DNA from: a virus
Taxonomy: Duplodnaviria > Heunggongvirae > Uroviricota > Caudoviricetes
DNA: 64,000 bases
Strand: one strand, 5' to 3'
IMG/VR virus record: IMGVR_UViG_3300029702_000002
Part shown: piece by piece, positions 9,443-18,833 of the stretch
Layout: each line of letters opens with the position of its first letter
How positions within the stretch are numbered: position 1 is the first letter of the stretch
The notes under the pieces: model-generated
Database searches by the model: none
The model's input: only the letters and a program-made list of their open reading frames with translations
Told to the model about the DNA's origin: nothing
Made by a program: the position numbers and the translations under genes

Positions 9443-10090
9443 TTACTGCTTGTTGTAAACAAAACCAATATCTTTCTTGTGAGGCATATCTGCTGCGGAA
9501 AAAGCTGCGATCTTCGCGAGTCGATCACATATTTCATTTTCACGATGCCCGGCGTGACCTTTAACCCACTTCCAGCGAACATTATGTCGACTTGCGGCCT
9601 CATCCAGACGCTTCCACAGATCAACATTCTTTACCGGTTTTTTGTCAGAAGTCATCCATCCATTGCGTTTCCACCATTTCATCCACTGTGTCATGCCGTT
9701 TTTCAGATACTGGCTATCAGAGTGCAAAATAACGTTGCATGGATATTTCAAACGCTCCAGCCCGATAAGTGCCCCCATCATCTCCATGCGGTTATTGGTG
9801 GTGCTATGAAAACCATCTGAGAACTCGCGTTCCTCACCACGATACTGGAGAACTATACCGTAACCGCCCGGGCCACCCGGATTTTTAAGGCAAGAGCCAT
9901 CACTGAAGATTTTCACGGTTTTAAGCTGGGGATTGAACTCTACGACAGGCGTTGTGGAATTGGTGCGGGGAGAATTTTTGTTTTTGGCTTTTTTGCGAGT
10001 TTTTTCTTGCGATCGGGCTGGTGTCTTCGTCGTCATATAAACTCCTGAATCAAGCGCCGCGCCGATTTTTTTCCTCGCGCGTGCGCACAC
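9443..10090 (-). CDS. rnhA: ribonuclease H (RNase HI family); true start probably internal Met near 10036
   Basis: VKIFSDGSC...GYGIVL...VILHSDSQY...KGHAGH..NE.CD motifs of RNase HI. Confidence 0.85.
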   Translation of the reverse strand: MCARARKKIGAALDSGVYMTTKTPARSQEKTRKKAKNKNSPRTNSTTPVVEFNPQLKTVKIFSDGSCLKNPGGPGGYGIVLQYRGEEREFSDGFHSTTNNRMEMMGALIGLERLKYPCNVILHSDSQYLKNGMTQWMKWWKRNGWMTSDKKPVKNVDLWKRLDEAASRHNVRWKWVKGHAGHRENEICDRLAKIAAFSAADMPHKKDIGFVYNKQ

Positions 10091-10624
10091 GCGTGCGTGT
10101 TAATAATTATTAAAATAAACAAATTACTTCCCAGAACAGGTTTTTATAAACCTGAACTGAACGAACGAAGTGAGTGAAGTTCACCTCGAACGAAGTGAGA
10201 GGTTGTCTTTTCAGGTAATACTCTCCCAGGGAGGTGAGTATAAAAATCCCTCACCAACCTGGTCGTTTCATAACCTGAAAAGTTATGGTCTAAGTCTACT
10301 GCCAGCTTAGACTTGGGAAGTTATGGATGACAGCACCCCAGAACCGAGATCTTCCCACACTTTATGAAGGGGAGTACTGGATTCAACCTCTCGAAACACC
10401 CCAGACTCGACAATCATAAAGTGACCCTTGTCTCCGCTCACTTTGGTTCCCCCTTCCCCGACACCTAAACGGCACCAGTTCTACGCTGGTAGTGAGCTTT
10501 TTTTAAACCTGACGCCAGTGACGCTTACCCCCACCCATCAGGTCGAGTCTCCAGTCTACGACTGGAAACTATCAGATCTTAGCACTTACAATTCACTTTA
10601 TGAATAGTTTGTACTTATCTATCA

Positions 10625-10876
10625 TTATGATTGATTATTTTCTCTACCATGTAGTTGAACATTCAAGGCAAACACCTCATTGATCAACTCACCTAAAAGC
10701 TGTTCAACAAGTTCGCGATGCTCGCCAAGATGCAAGCACTTAATTGCCCATTCGTACAAGTTGAAAGCCTGCTCACGATCTTTCATCATTTCACGAGCCT
10801 GGGCCAGAAAATCGCTCTCTACGAGCGCAACGACATTAGTCGGGTATGACATGTTGGTTTCCTTAAAGTGGTTCAT
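10625..10876 (-). CDS. hypothetical protein (83 aa)
   Basis: ORF track. Confidence 0.4.
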   Translation of the reverse strand: MNHFKETNMSYPTNVVALVESDFLAQAREMMKDREQAFNLYEWAIKCLHLGEHRELVEQLLGELINEVFALNVQLHGRENNQS

Positions 10877-10957
10877 AAAATCGATTTTAAAGCGTCTGGG
10901 AAGGGGTTCTAGTGGATTCTGTAGTGATGTTCAGGTCTGGAGTCTCTGATACAAAAC

Positions 10958-11016
10958 AGCCTGCTTCCGTATATTAATAATTAATATGTAGTTATTTATA
11001 TATACAGAAGCAGGCT
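10958..11016. repeat. ~60-bp palindromic element (copy 1 of 2): GCCTGCTTCCGTATAT ... ATATACAGAAGCAGGC around an AT-rich spacer
   Basis: Imperfect 16-bp inverted repeat; near-identical element at 58256-58312. Confidence 0.6.
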
Positions 11017-11037
11017 AATTACAGACGCCAGAACAAA

Positions 11038-11631
11038 CTAAGCAGCCTTCTTTGATGGTCTTTTTTTCCTGATCACATTCGCAGGATCATACCCTCCCAG
11101 ACTTTTCATGACGTCCAAAGGGATCTTGCTTATAGAGTGCCCAGCGTCCTGACAGAATCCTCGAAAAACAACGAGCATACTGCCACCTGGGTTGATGTTT
11201 ACTTCTACCTGACCCAGATTGACGTCAGGCTCGACAAACGCTACGCGGCCACCAGACAGAATAATCGTCTCATTCGCACACTCTGTTGCACGCTCATACC
11301 ACTTTGTATCTAGGGATTGAGGAATTAGCATCACTGTTGTAACTCCGCGAGCCTGCTCACGTATAGCCGCATCAATCCAGGGGGAGATTTTGGAGTAGGG
11401 TGGATTGAGGAAGGCAATTGTACCTGGCTGTCCCCATTCAGATTTCAAAGCATCACGCTCAACGCCTATGAAATTAGGCAGCTTTGCATTGTCCTTGTTG
11501 CAGGCAACGTCAACATCAAATGTCACTCCAAGATAACGTTGAATGGCAGAAAACAGCCAGTCAGGTGTTCTCCAGAGGTCACGAAGAGAGTTGTCGCGCT
11601 TTCGCTGTTTGATTTTTTCGGCTGCAATCAT
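11038..11631 (-). CDS. phage Dam-type DNA N6-adenine methyltransferase
   Basis: LWRTPDWLF ... FDVDVACN ... FLNPPY motifs. Confidence 0.8.
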   Translation of the reverse strand: MIAAEKIKQRKRDNSLRDLWRTPDWLFSAIQRYLGVTFDVDVACNKDNAKLPNFIGVERDALKSEWGQPGTIAFLNPPYSKISPWIDAAIREQARGVTTVMLIPQSLDTKWYERATECANETIILSGGRVAFVEPDVNLGQVEVNINPGGSMLVVFRGFCQDAGHSISKIPLDVMKSLGGYDPANVIRKKRPSKKAA

Positions 11632-11814
11632 CTTCTTTCTCGATAGGTAAGTAAATACCTATTTTTGCATTTGATTTTATGTCTGGCAATCAAATAAAAC
11701 GCGCCAGAAATGCAAACGAGAAGCTCTCTGGCGCGTTTTTGTGGTGCTGGGTATGTGATTGGCTTACCCAGCACTATAAAGCTCTCTATGGGCTTTATTT
11801 TCAGTAGGGGAACG

Positions 11815-12624
11815 TCATCCAATAGTGTACTCCGCGACAAACTTCTTAACGATCGGTGATTCTTCGTTCAATGTTAGATTTCCACCGTCTCTAACGGCAA
11901 TTCCTGTCGCTGGAAATACAGCCATCATTTGCCCAGCCTGAGTTGACGCAGTGTTAAGCGGATACGGTTTTTCTGGATTGCTCATTAAAGCAATCTTAAT
12001 ACTATTACTTGTAGCCTTCTTTTCTGTGAGAAGGTGTCTCATGGAAATTACCGTGTAAACACTAATATCTGGACCTCCGCTAAACCAATTAAGAAGGTTT
12101 AATATCTTATCCTTTGCTTTGACAGGCGCGTTATCGTAAGCGTCTAAAAAAATATCTTTCTCTAAACCCGCTTTATTGAAAAACGCATCATCTTTATCAC
12201 TTAGAGCAAAACGAGGACCTCTTGCAGTACGCGCTTTTTTATTTGTGTTGCTATCATTTGACTGTTGAACTTTTAATTCATCATTAATCTCAACACACCC
12301 TTCAACCTCGATGATCCCCAACTGTTCTGGTTCGTTTTCGGCAGCTTCACCACTTTCAGCGTTAATTACGTTTATAGGCTCATGCGCTAACTCCAACTCA
12401 TTTAAAGCTGAGCTGAAATCACCTGCTTTTTCTTCATTGAACAGTTCTTCGGCAACATCATCAGAACTCATGGCTACGCCAGCATCTAGGCCGAGCAGCA
12501 GATCGTCAATATCATCAGTATTTTCAACCTGCGCAGCTTTTTTTACTGGTTCATCAAGTGATTGCAACATGGCTGCCAGCTCGTCCAGATCATCATTTGT
12601 CATTACATTTTCAACCGAACTCAT
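11815..12624 (-). CDS. hypothetical acidic protein (269 aa)
   Basis: ORF track; Asp/Glu-rich N-terminal half. Confidence 0.5.
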   Translation of the reverse strand: MSSVENVMTNDDLDELAAMLQSLDEPVKKAAQVENTDDIDDLLLGLDAGVAMSSDDVAEELFNEEKAGDFSSALNELELAHEPINVINAESGEAAENEPEQLGIIEVEGCVEINDELKVQQSNDSNTNKKARTARGPRFALSDKDDAFFNKAGLEKDIFLDAYDNAPVKAKDKILNLLNWFSGGPDISVYTVISMRHLLTEKKATSNSIKIALMSNPEKPYPLNTASTQAGQMMAVFPATGIAVRDGGNLTLNEESPIVKKFVAEYTIG

Positions 12625-12747
12625 GTAAGTCTCCTTCTGTTTGGTTACATTTGCGTTTCGATGGCTACATTTTGACTAAACCTATCAGGCGGAAAAGTAT
12701 TAAATACAGGCAGGAAATGATTGAAAGGCGACTGTTCTTTAAAAGAA

Positions 12748-12785
12748 AGCCTACTTTAAACTTTTTAAAGTAGGCTTTTGTTTTA
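12748..12785. terminator. putative bidirectional rho-independent terminator
   Basis: 11-bp stem GCCTACTTTAA/TTAAAGTAGGC flanked by A/T runs, immediately 3' of the exonuclease gene. Confidence 0.5.
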
Positions 12786-13340
12786 CACAATTTCAGAGGG
12801 TAATTTAAAAAATCCGTACTTATTACGTGCCTTAAAGAAGCATTGCATCATTAAGTTTGTGTCATATAAGGCACTATGTGCTTTGGCATGATCGTATATA
12901 AAGCCAAGAGAGAAGGCCAACTCTTCAAGGCGGGGACGTTTACCGTCTTCTGTGGCCCACAATCCCGATAACATAGTATCTATAACAGGAACTTCTGGCA
13001 GTCTTACTCCATACCCTGAAAACTCGTGTCGAATAAATGGTATATCAAATGCTTCGCCGTTATGAGCAACCCACACACTACATGCCCCCATATAAGCGCC
13101 AATTTCGCTGGCATGATTTGACAACAAAGGTTCAGCTGCGAGCTGTTCCAATGAAATGCCATGAACGGCTTGAGCTTTCGGATCTATGTTTCTGCGAGGG
13201 TTAAAACGCATCTCCAGACTATCAATATGTCTCTGTGTCTCCAGTTCATAGCGGGTAATTGCGATTTCAATAATTTTATGACCAGCAAGGAAATCCAGTC
13301 CCGTAGACTCGATATCGATGCCTGCAACAATCGTTGTCAT
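12783..13340 (-). CDS. DEDDh 3'-5' exonuclease (DnaQ/epsilon-like)
   Basis: Exo I GIDIESTGL, Exo II WVAHNGEAFDIPF, Exo III HSALYDT. Confidence 0.8.
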   Translation of the reverse strand: MTTIVAGIDIESTGLDFLAGHKIIEIAITRYELETQRHIDSLEMRFNPRRNIDPKAQAVHGISLEQLAAEPLLSNHASEIGAYMGACSVWVAHNGEAFDIPFIRHEFSGYGVRLPEVPVIDTMLSGLWATEDGKRPRLEELAFSLGFIYDHAKAHSALYDTNLMMQCFFKARNKYGFFKLPSEIV

Positions 13341-13349
13341 CAGAACTCC

Positions 13350-13769
13350 TTACAACTTCTTAGCGCCCTTAAGTAGTGCGCTACGTACAAATTGAGCCGC
13401 TTTTTTCAAAGTTTCTTCACTGGTTTCACAGACAATCGGATCTTTCCACTTACCTGACACAGTGTTGAGAATATTGATTTGGTTGCTATCCAGACAAACA
13501 GAGATATAAAGCACCGTGCCACCAGCCAGCATCAAATGCATAGGAAACAGAGGCTTTTTACTGCCTTCACTGAACTGAGACATGGCGATGTTAATGGCTT
13601 CACCCACTTGTGTACCAACAAGCCCCTGCGCAGTTTCGAATATGGCACGAATAGCCAGACGAGCCTCTCGATCGCTCATAAGCGACCGGGAATGTTCGTC
13701 CGCTACACGAATCAAAGCCTCTGTTGTTTTCCGATCCAGTTCATCTTCAAGCAACATTTCACTAAACAT
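13350..13769 (-). CDS. hypothetical protein (139 aa)
   Basis: ORF track. Confidence 0.45.
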   Translation of the reverse strand: MFSEMLLEDELDRKTTEALIRVADEHSRSLMSDREARLAIRAIFETAQGLVGTQVGEAINIAMSQFSEGSKKPLFPMHLMLAGGTVLYISVCLDSNQINILNTVSGKWKDPIVCETSEETLKKAAQFVRSALLKGAKKL

Positions 13770-13830
13770 TTTTTATCCTTAACCCATTTTGAGAGTTTTA
13801 TTGTCGCAATGTCGAAGAGGCGAACAATTT

Positions 13831-14475
13831 CTAATGAACGGTCACTCGGCCACAGAACCGGTTTTCTATCTTTTCTACAGCGTTATCTAGCATTCTCATC
13901 ACTGATCTGGCTCTTGCTTCAACTGTGCGATACCGGTTGGAAACGACGAAGGTTTGCAGATCTCCCCTTTGCGGATGCAGGTGAATTTTTGTCAGTTCCC
14001 CGCACATCAACGCATCAATACGAGCGACATACAGACGGTCTAATGATGCTCGTTGTGACCGCAAGTAATCTCGCTCTGAGAGAGCGACCCCCGGGCGTAG
14101 GCCAGCAATGGCGTTAAAGTTTGAAATAGCAGTTTTGTGGCAAAACTTTTCGATATCGAGGGCTAACTCAATACACCGATCTTCATTTGTATGGCCGACC
14201 AAATCCAACGTGTAGGCCATAACATCAGCAGGTGTGCGATCGATAACAAAGCCTTCAACACCACGCGTAAGTAGCTCTATATGCTTTGCTATTTCCATTT
14301 GAATCTGAAGCCGCTCATATAGAGGCATAGAATCACCTACTCGAACACCGAGGCGGCTCATCAAACTTCCGACACCAGCATCCACGTAAGGGATTCCGTA
14401 ATGTTTGTCGATATATTTAGCCAGGGTTGTTTTCCCACTGCCCTGAGCACCAGTGATCCCAATCCGGTAATCCAT
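13831..14475 (-). CDS. P-loop nucleotide kinase (dNMP kinase-like)
   Basis: Walker A GITGAQGSGKTT at N-terminus; nucleotide-metabolism operon context. Confidence 0.55.
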   Translation of the reverse strand: MDYRIGITGAQGSGKTTLAKYIDKHYGIPYVDAGVGSLMSRLGVRVGDSMPLYERLQIQMEIAKHIELLTRGVEGFVIDRTPADVMAYTLDLVGHTNEDRCIELALDIEKFCHKTAISNFNAIAGLRPGVALSERDYLRSQRASLDRLYVARIDALMCGELTKIHLHPQRGDLQTFVVSNRYRTVEARARSVMRMLDNAVEKIENRFCGRVTVH

Positions 14476-14951
14476 TACGACCTTCTGTATACGATCTGCG
14501 AAAAGCCAGGCTCTTCCTCGCTGGCTCGTTGGGTATAAGCTGTTTCAACAGGCACAAAGCCTAAATTACGCATCATGCTTGCCGGGAAGAATGCATCGGC
14601 GTTTGGCACATCAACGCCGATGTGGGAGAGCCAAATCTCTTCAACATGCGGCATGAATAGCGAGTAAATTTGTTCCCCGCCAATCACCCACACAGGCTCT
14701 GGTAATCGCAACACATCATCCACACCAGCAGGGTAGAATCCATTTGGTACAAAGCCATGAGAGCGCGTCAAAACGAGGTTATGACGCTCTGGAAGAGGGC
14801 GTTTGAGACTTTCCATCGTTTTACGCCCCATAACGACAGTGGCGTTTTTGGTGAGTCTCTTAAATAGCTTCAGATCGGTAGAACAACGCCAGGGGAGTTC
14901 ATTCGCTATGCCGATCTCATAGTTACGGCCAACAGCAGCGATCATCTTCAT
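14475..14951 (-). CDS. dihydrofolate reductase
   Basis: MIAAVGRNYEIGIANELPW...VVMGRKT pattern and ~158 aa length. Confidence 0.85.
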   Translation of the reverse strand: MKMIAAVGRNYEIGIANELPWRCSTDLKLFKRLTKNATVVMGRKTMESLKRPLPERHNLVLTRSHGFVPNGFYPAGVDDVLRLPEPVWVIGGEQIYSLFMPHVEEIWLSHIGVDVPNADAFFPASMMRNLGFVPVETAYTQRASEEEPGFSQIVYRRS

Positions 14952-15361
14952 TTGCTCACCTCATAGATGACCGGTCGATGGTGAGAGTCGGCTAAAGCGG
15001 CACGGAGTCGAGGATCGTGCACCAGCGCAGCGATAAGCAGATCGCCTTTATGCTCCGCTAATGTGCGCTTAATATGCTTCTCATAACTGGTGCCATTCGG
15101 TACGAGATGAAGCCAGTCATAATCAACGCCAAAATCTTTCAGCCATCGTTTAGTTGGCGCTTCAAGAGTTTCAGAGCGGCTACTGATAAGCACCACTTCA
15201 GCCCCTGAGCGAGCAAAACCACGCAACATACGGCTGGTGGGGAAAATGAGTTCATCACCGGCAATGAGCTGGCCTGCATCCGCGTCAGATACTGATTTAC
15301 GATGGCTGGCATTTGCCAGCACACCTTCAATTTCGCATAAGACATACATACCTCTTGCCAT
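14948..15361 (-). CDS. hypothetical protein; start taken as ATG at 15359-15361, 2 nt after thyA stop
   Basis: ORF 14948..15409 trimmed to MARGMYVLCEIEGVL... start; sits between thyA and DHFR. Confidence 0.45.
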   Translation of the reverse strand: MARGMYVLCEIEGVLANASHRKSVSDADAGQLIAGDELIFPTSRMLRGFARSGAEVVLISSRSETLEAPTKRWLKDFGVDYDWLHLVPNGTSYEKHIKRTLAEHKGDLLIAALVHDPRLRAALADSHHRPVIYEVSK

Positions 15362-15362
15362 A

Positions 15363-16493
15363 TCACACCGCCACTGGAACCTTGATCCACGATAGAGGGT
15401 CATAGCCAAGAATTAAAACCTCGTCCCATTTGAAATCATCCAACTCTGACCATTCATGAGGGAAAATAACGACCGGATCTGAATGCTCTGGAGCCTGTCG
15501 TTTCATTAGCTCACACACACCTTCCATGTGGTTGTTGTACAAATGCACGTCAAAGCCAAAATGCACAAATGCACCGGCCATGTGACCCGTAATCTTCGCG
15601 AGAAAATGAGTGAGAATGCCATAGCCAGCAATATTGAATGGCATACCAACAAAAGTGTCTACGCTACGCTGTACGAGGCAGGAGTTGAGGATGCGTTTGG
15701 GGATTCCAAGTTCATCCAGTTCAGCTTCAGTAACACTGCCGTCCATCTCCAGATCGTATAGCATCTTGGTGTAGATAGACTCGTAACCGAGGCGACTGTG
15801 TTGAAGACCAATGTCAGTTGCCATCGTTAAACGGGTTTCAAAATCAAGCTCACGACTCCACAAAGAGAAGACAAAGTGGCAAGGTGGCAGTTTCATATCC
15901 TCAAGCTCGCCTACGTTCCATGCGTTAAGCATGATGCGACGATCGGTAGGGTTCGTGCGCAGTGTATCGACAATACGCTGTAGCTGATCGATTTCACGGG
16001 ACAGCACTACGCGATCTTCACTGATACCTAGGTATCCCTCGACTTTGTACCCGCGTTCACGGAAAGTAGCGATCTTGCTCAGATATTCACTATGGCTCAC
16101 GATGCGGGTATCTTCCCATCGACGCCACTGCTTACCGTAAACTGGCCCCAAATCGCCATTCTCATCGGCCCATGCATCCCAAATCTTAACGCCGTTATCC
16201 TTGAGAAATTGGATGTTGCCCGTGCCTTTCAGATACCACTCAAGTTCGACAAGCAGTGGCTTAAGATTTACCGCCTTTCCAGAAATAAGCGGCACAGTCC
16301 CACCAGTAAGCATGTAGTAAGAGGGAACGTAGCAGGTGCTTAAAGTACCAGTGCCTGTGCGATCATCAGCCTGCACGCCGCTTTTAAGCACCGTCTCAAT
16401 AACTTTTGCATACGATGCGTTTGTTACCTGACCGTTCGTATGCTCACGATTCAAAAGGAGTGACACAAAAACCTCACAAAGATAAGTAATCAC
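15363..16493 (-). CDS. thyA: thymidylate synthase with internal insertion
   Basis: DRTGTGT, WADENGDLGPVYGKQWR, LPPCH motifs; C-terminal PVAV. Confidence 0.9.
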   Translation of the reverse strand: MITYLCEVFVSLLLNREHTNGQVTNASYAKVIETVLKSGVQADDRTGTGTLSTCYVPSYYMLTGGTVPLISGKAVNLKPLLVELEWYLKGTGNIQFLKDNGVKIWDAWADENGDLGPVYGKQWRRWEDTRIVSHSEYLSKIATFRERGYKVEGYLGISEDRVVLSREIDQLQRIVDTLRTNPTDRRIMLNAWNVGELEDMKLPPCHFVFSLWSRELDFETRLTMATDIGLQHSRLGYESIYTKMLYDLEMDGSVTEAELDELGIPKRILNSCLVQRSVDTFVGMPFNIAGYGILTHFLAKITGHMAGAFVHFGFDVHLYNNHMEGVCELMKRQAPEHSDPVVIFPHEWSELDDFKWDEVLILGYDPLSWIKVPVAV

Positions 16494-16636
16494 TTATTCA
16501 TTACGTGAGTTTACATTTATTGAGGGAACAAGGCCAGATAGATAAAAAAATGGTGGCCATAGGCCACCAAAACGAATAGTTGTTTCAGGAATTTAACGCG
16601 CTAACACAATATACATAGATAGATAACTACCTACAA

Positions 16637-17506
16637 TTATTTTTTGATCATTCCGTACATTGCTGAGGCTTTAGCTTGCTCAACAAAGGAGGATAAATCG
16701 ACATCACTATAGGTTGGAGACTTCAGAATCTTTCCATCGGAAATTCGAAAACCGATCATCTTATCGGTACCATCAGCATGGCGAAATCCCAGGTCTGAAG
16801 AGTCGTATTTGCAGTTGGCCACAGCCTGGCGACGTTCCTCGACATCAGCAGGCCATAATTTTGTCATGTTAGACCGATGAATTTCGCCAACCAGCTCGAC
16901 TACATTGATACCGAGGAAATCAGCCAGTCGATAGGTCATCATGCACGCCACATAGATTTTGTTCATGACACGGCGCAGTTCCTGAATCAGCTCAGAATCC
17001 TTAACAGTCTTGTTCTCAAGTTTATCTGCCAGCTCTTCGAGCATATATGACGCCTCACGAGCTTCCTGAAATGGCATTGCCATATCATCGAAAACAGTGT
17101 TACCGGGCACAAAAATTGTCTGCATAAAGCGATCAATGCTCTGTTCCTGCGTGTAATAGGTCATGCCGGTAGAAATACCACCTTTGATGGCGACCATCGT
17201 ACCAACACCAACGTATAAAAAGTCGGCCATTGCATCCAGCAGTTGCTCAATATCCCCATTCATTGCGGCTGGAATACCTTCCACTACAGCTTCTTCATGA
17301 ATCAGGCTTGCACGGAGACGAAGCAGCTCTGGTGTCGGCATAACGCGTCTCGGATGCTGGAAGAGTTCATGAAACTGATCGACCATCTTGTAAATACTTT
17401 CAGTAGCTACACCATGACCTTCATGCAACTCATATGGTTCTGGCTTAAATCCAATGAGACGATCGGTGGCAAGTTTCAGGTGGTCAGTCAGTTTGGTAAA
17501 GTTCAT
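16637..17506 (-). CDS. hypothetical protein, possibly all-alpha NTP pyrophosphohydrolase (MazG / dimeric dUTPase-like)
   Basis: Weak resemblance only (HP..PELLRLRASLIHEEAVVE); nucleotide-metabolism context. Confidence 0.3.
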   Translation of the reverse strand: MNFTKLTDHLKLATDRLIGFKPEPYELHEGHGVATESIYKMVDQFHELFQHPRRVMPTPELLRLRASLIHEEAVVEGIPAAMNGDIEQLLDAMADFLYVGVGTMVAIKGGISTGMTYYTQEQSIDRFMQTIFVPGNTVFDDMAMPFQEAREASYMLEELADKLENKTVKDSELIQELRRVMNKIYVACMMTYRLADFLGINVVELVGEIHRSNMTKLWPADVEERRQAVANCKYDSSDLGFRHADGTDKMIGFRISDGKILKSPTYSDVDLSSFVEQAKASAMYGMIKK

Positions 17507-17583
17507 GCTAGTTTTGTTCCTTCTTAATTCTTGTGATCCATTGTGGCCCAGCGTTGCCAGGCCACATAATGCTTTGTATCGGT

Positions 17584-18726
17584 TTACAGGTCTGCAAACT
17601 GGCTTAGAGAAGCCTTATCCACGGTAGAATCGATCTGACCTACCAGATATGTGCTTTGCTCTGCCTCTTGTGGTGCAATTTGCAGTGTGTCGGTTAACAA
17701 CCACTTGTTCATCCAGACCAGCGGATCTGTGGTAACTTCTGGAAATAAAGCCTTCAGGCCAAGACGATTCATAGCCAGATTGGTGCGGTATTTTACATAG
17801 GTCTTCAGAATATCCGCGTTTAAACCAATCATCGAACCGTCTTTGAAGAGATAGTCTGCCCAGTTCATTTCTTGTTCGGCGACTGATTTCATGGTGTCGT
17901 AAATGACGTTTTCTTCATCAGCAGCAATCTCTTTCCACAATAAACCTTCGCGACCGGTACGCATGAAGCGGATCATGCGTTCAGTTCCTTCGCAATGCAG
18001 AGCTTCATCACGGGCAATAAAGCGCATAATTTTGGTGTTACCCTCAAGCAACTTCCGTTCGCCAAAGGCAAACGTACATGCAAAACTTACATAGAAACGG
18101 ATCGCCTCAAGCGCATTAATGGACACCAACGTGCGGAAAAGCTGACGATGCAAAGGGTATGGCTCCCAGCCATATTCATTTACGTACAGACGTTCAAACT
18201 CCTTCTCACCTAACGACTGGCGCTCGCATGTCATCCCATAAAGCCTGTCATATTCAGCAGAGATACTGATCGCTCGGTTGATGATTTCTTCATCCGTAAC
18301 AATACCGTCAAAAACAATACTCGGATCGTCCACCATGCCACGAATAATGTGGGTGTAGCTACGGCTATGGATAGTCTCAGAGAAAGACCACGTTTCAACC
18401 CACGTTTCCAGTTCAGGAATAGAGATAAGCGGCAGCAGCGTTGCATTTGGGCTACGTCCCTGAACTGAATCGAGTAACGTTTGATAACGGAGATTGCTCA
18501 GAAAAATGTGACGTTCGTGGTCCCGCAGCTTCGTGTTGAAGTCGATACGATCGCTCGAAATATCAACTTCTTCCGGCCGCCAGAAGAAAGACAATTGACG
18601 TTCAATCAACTTTTCAAAATCACGGTATTTTTGCTGATCGTAACGTGCCACGTTGACAGATTGTCCGAGGAACATAGGCTCTTTGGTTGCATCATTAGCA
18701 CCCAAACGGAACGTTGAATATGACAT
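17584..18726 (-). CDS. nrdB: ribonucleotide reductase small (beta) subunit, class I
   Basis: NrdB-like di-iron motifs and length; adjacent to nrdA. Confidence 0.9.
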   Translation of the reverse strand: MSYSTFRLGANDATKEPMFLGQSVNVARYDQQKYRDFEKLIERQLSFFWRPEEVDISSDRIDFNTKLRDHERHIFLSNLRYQTLLDSVQGRSPNATLLPLISIPELETWVETWSFSETIHSRSYTHIIRGMVDDPSIVFDGIVTDEEIINRAISISAEYDRLYGMTCERQSLGEKEFERLYVNEYGWEPYPLHRQLFRTLVSINALEAIRFYVSFACTFAFGERKLLEGNTKIMRFIARDEALHCEGTERMIRFMRTGREGLLWKEIAADEENVIYDTMKSVAEQEMNWADYLFKDGSMIGLNADILKTYVKYRTNLAMNRLGLKALFPEVTTDPLVWMNKWLLTDTLQIAPQEAEQSTYLVGQIDSTVDKASLSQFADL

Positions 18727-18833
18727 GTGTTTTTCCTTTTTCTTTTTTTGGTGCGTTTAAACAAGTTGTTATCTTATGTGTTTAAACAAGGCTTACAAAT
18801 CAAAGAGAAGGTGGGGATATCCCCCACCATATG

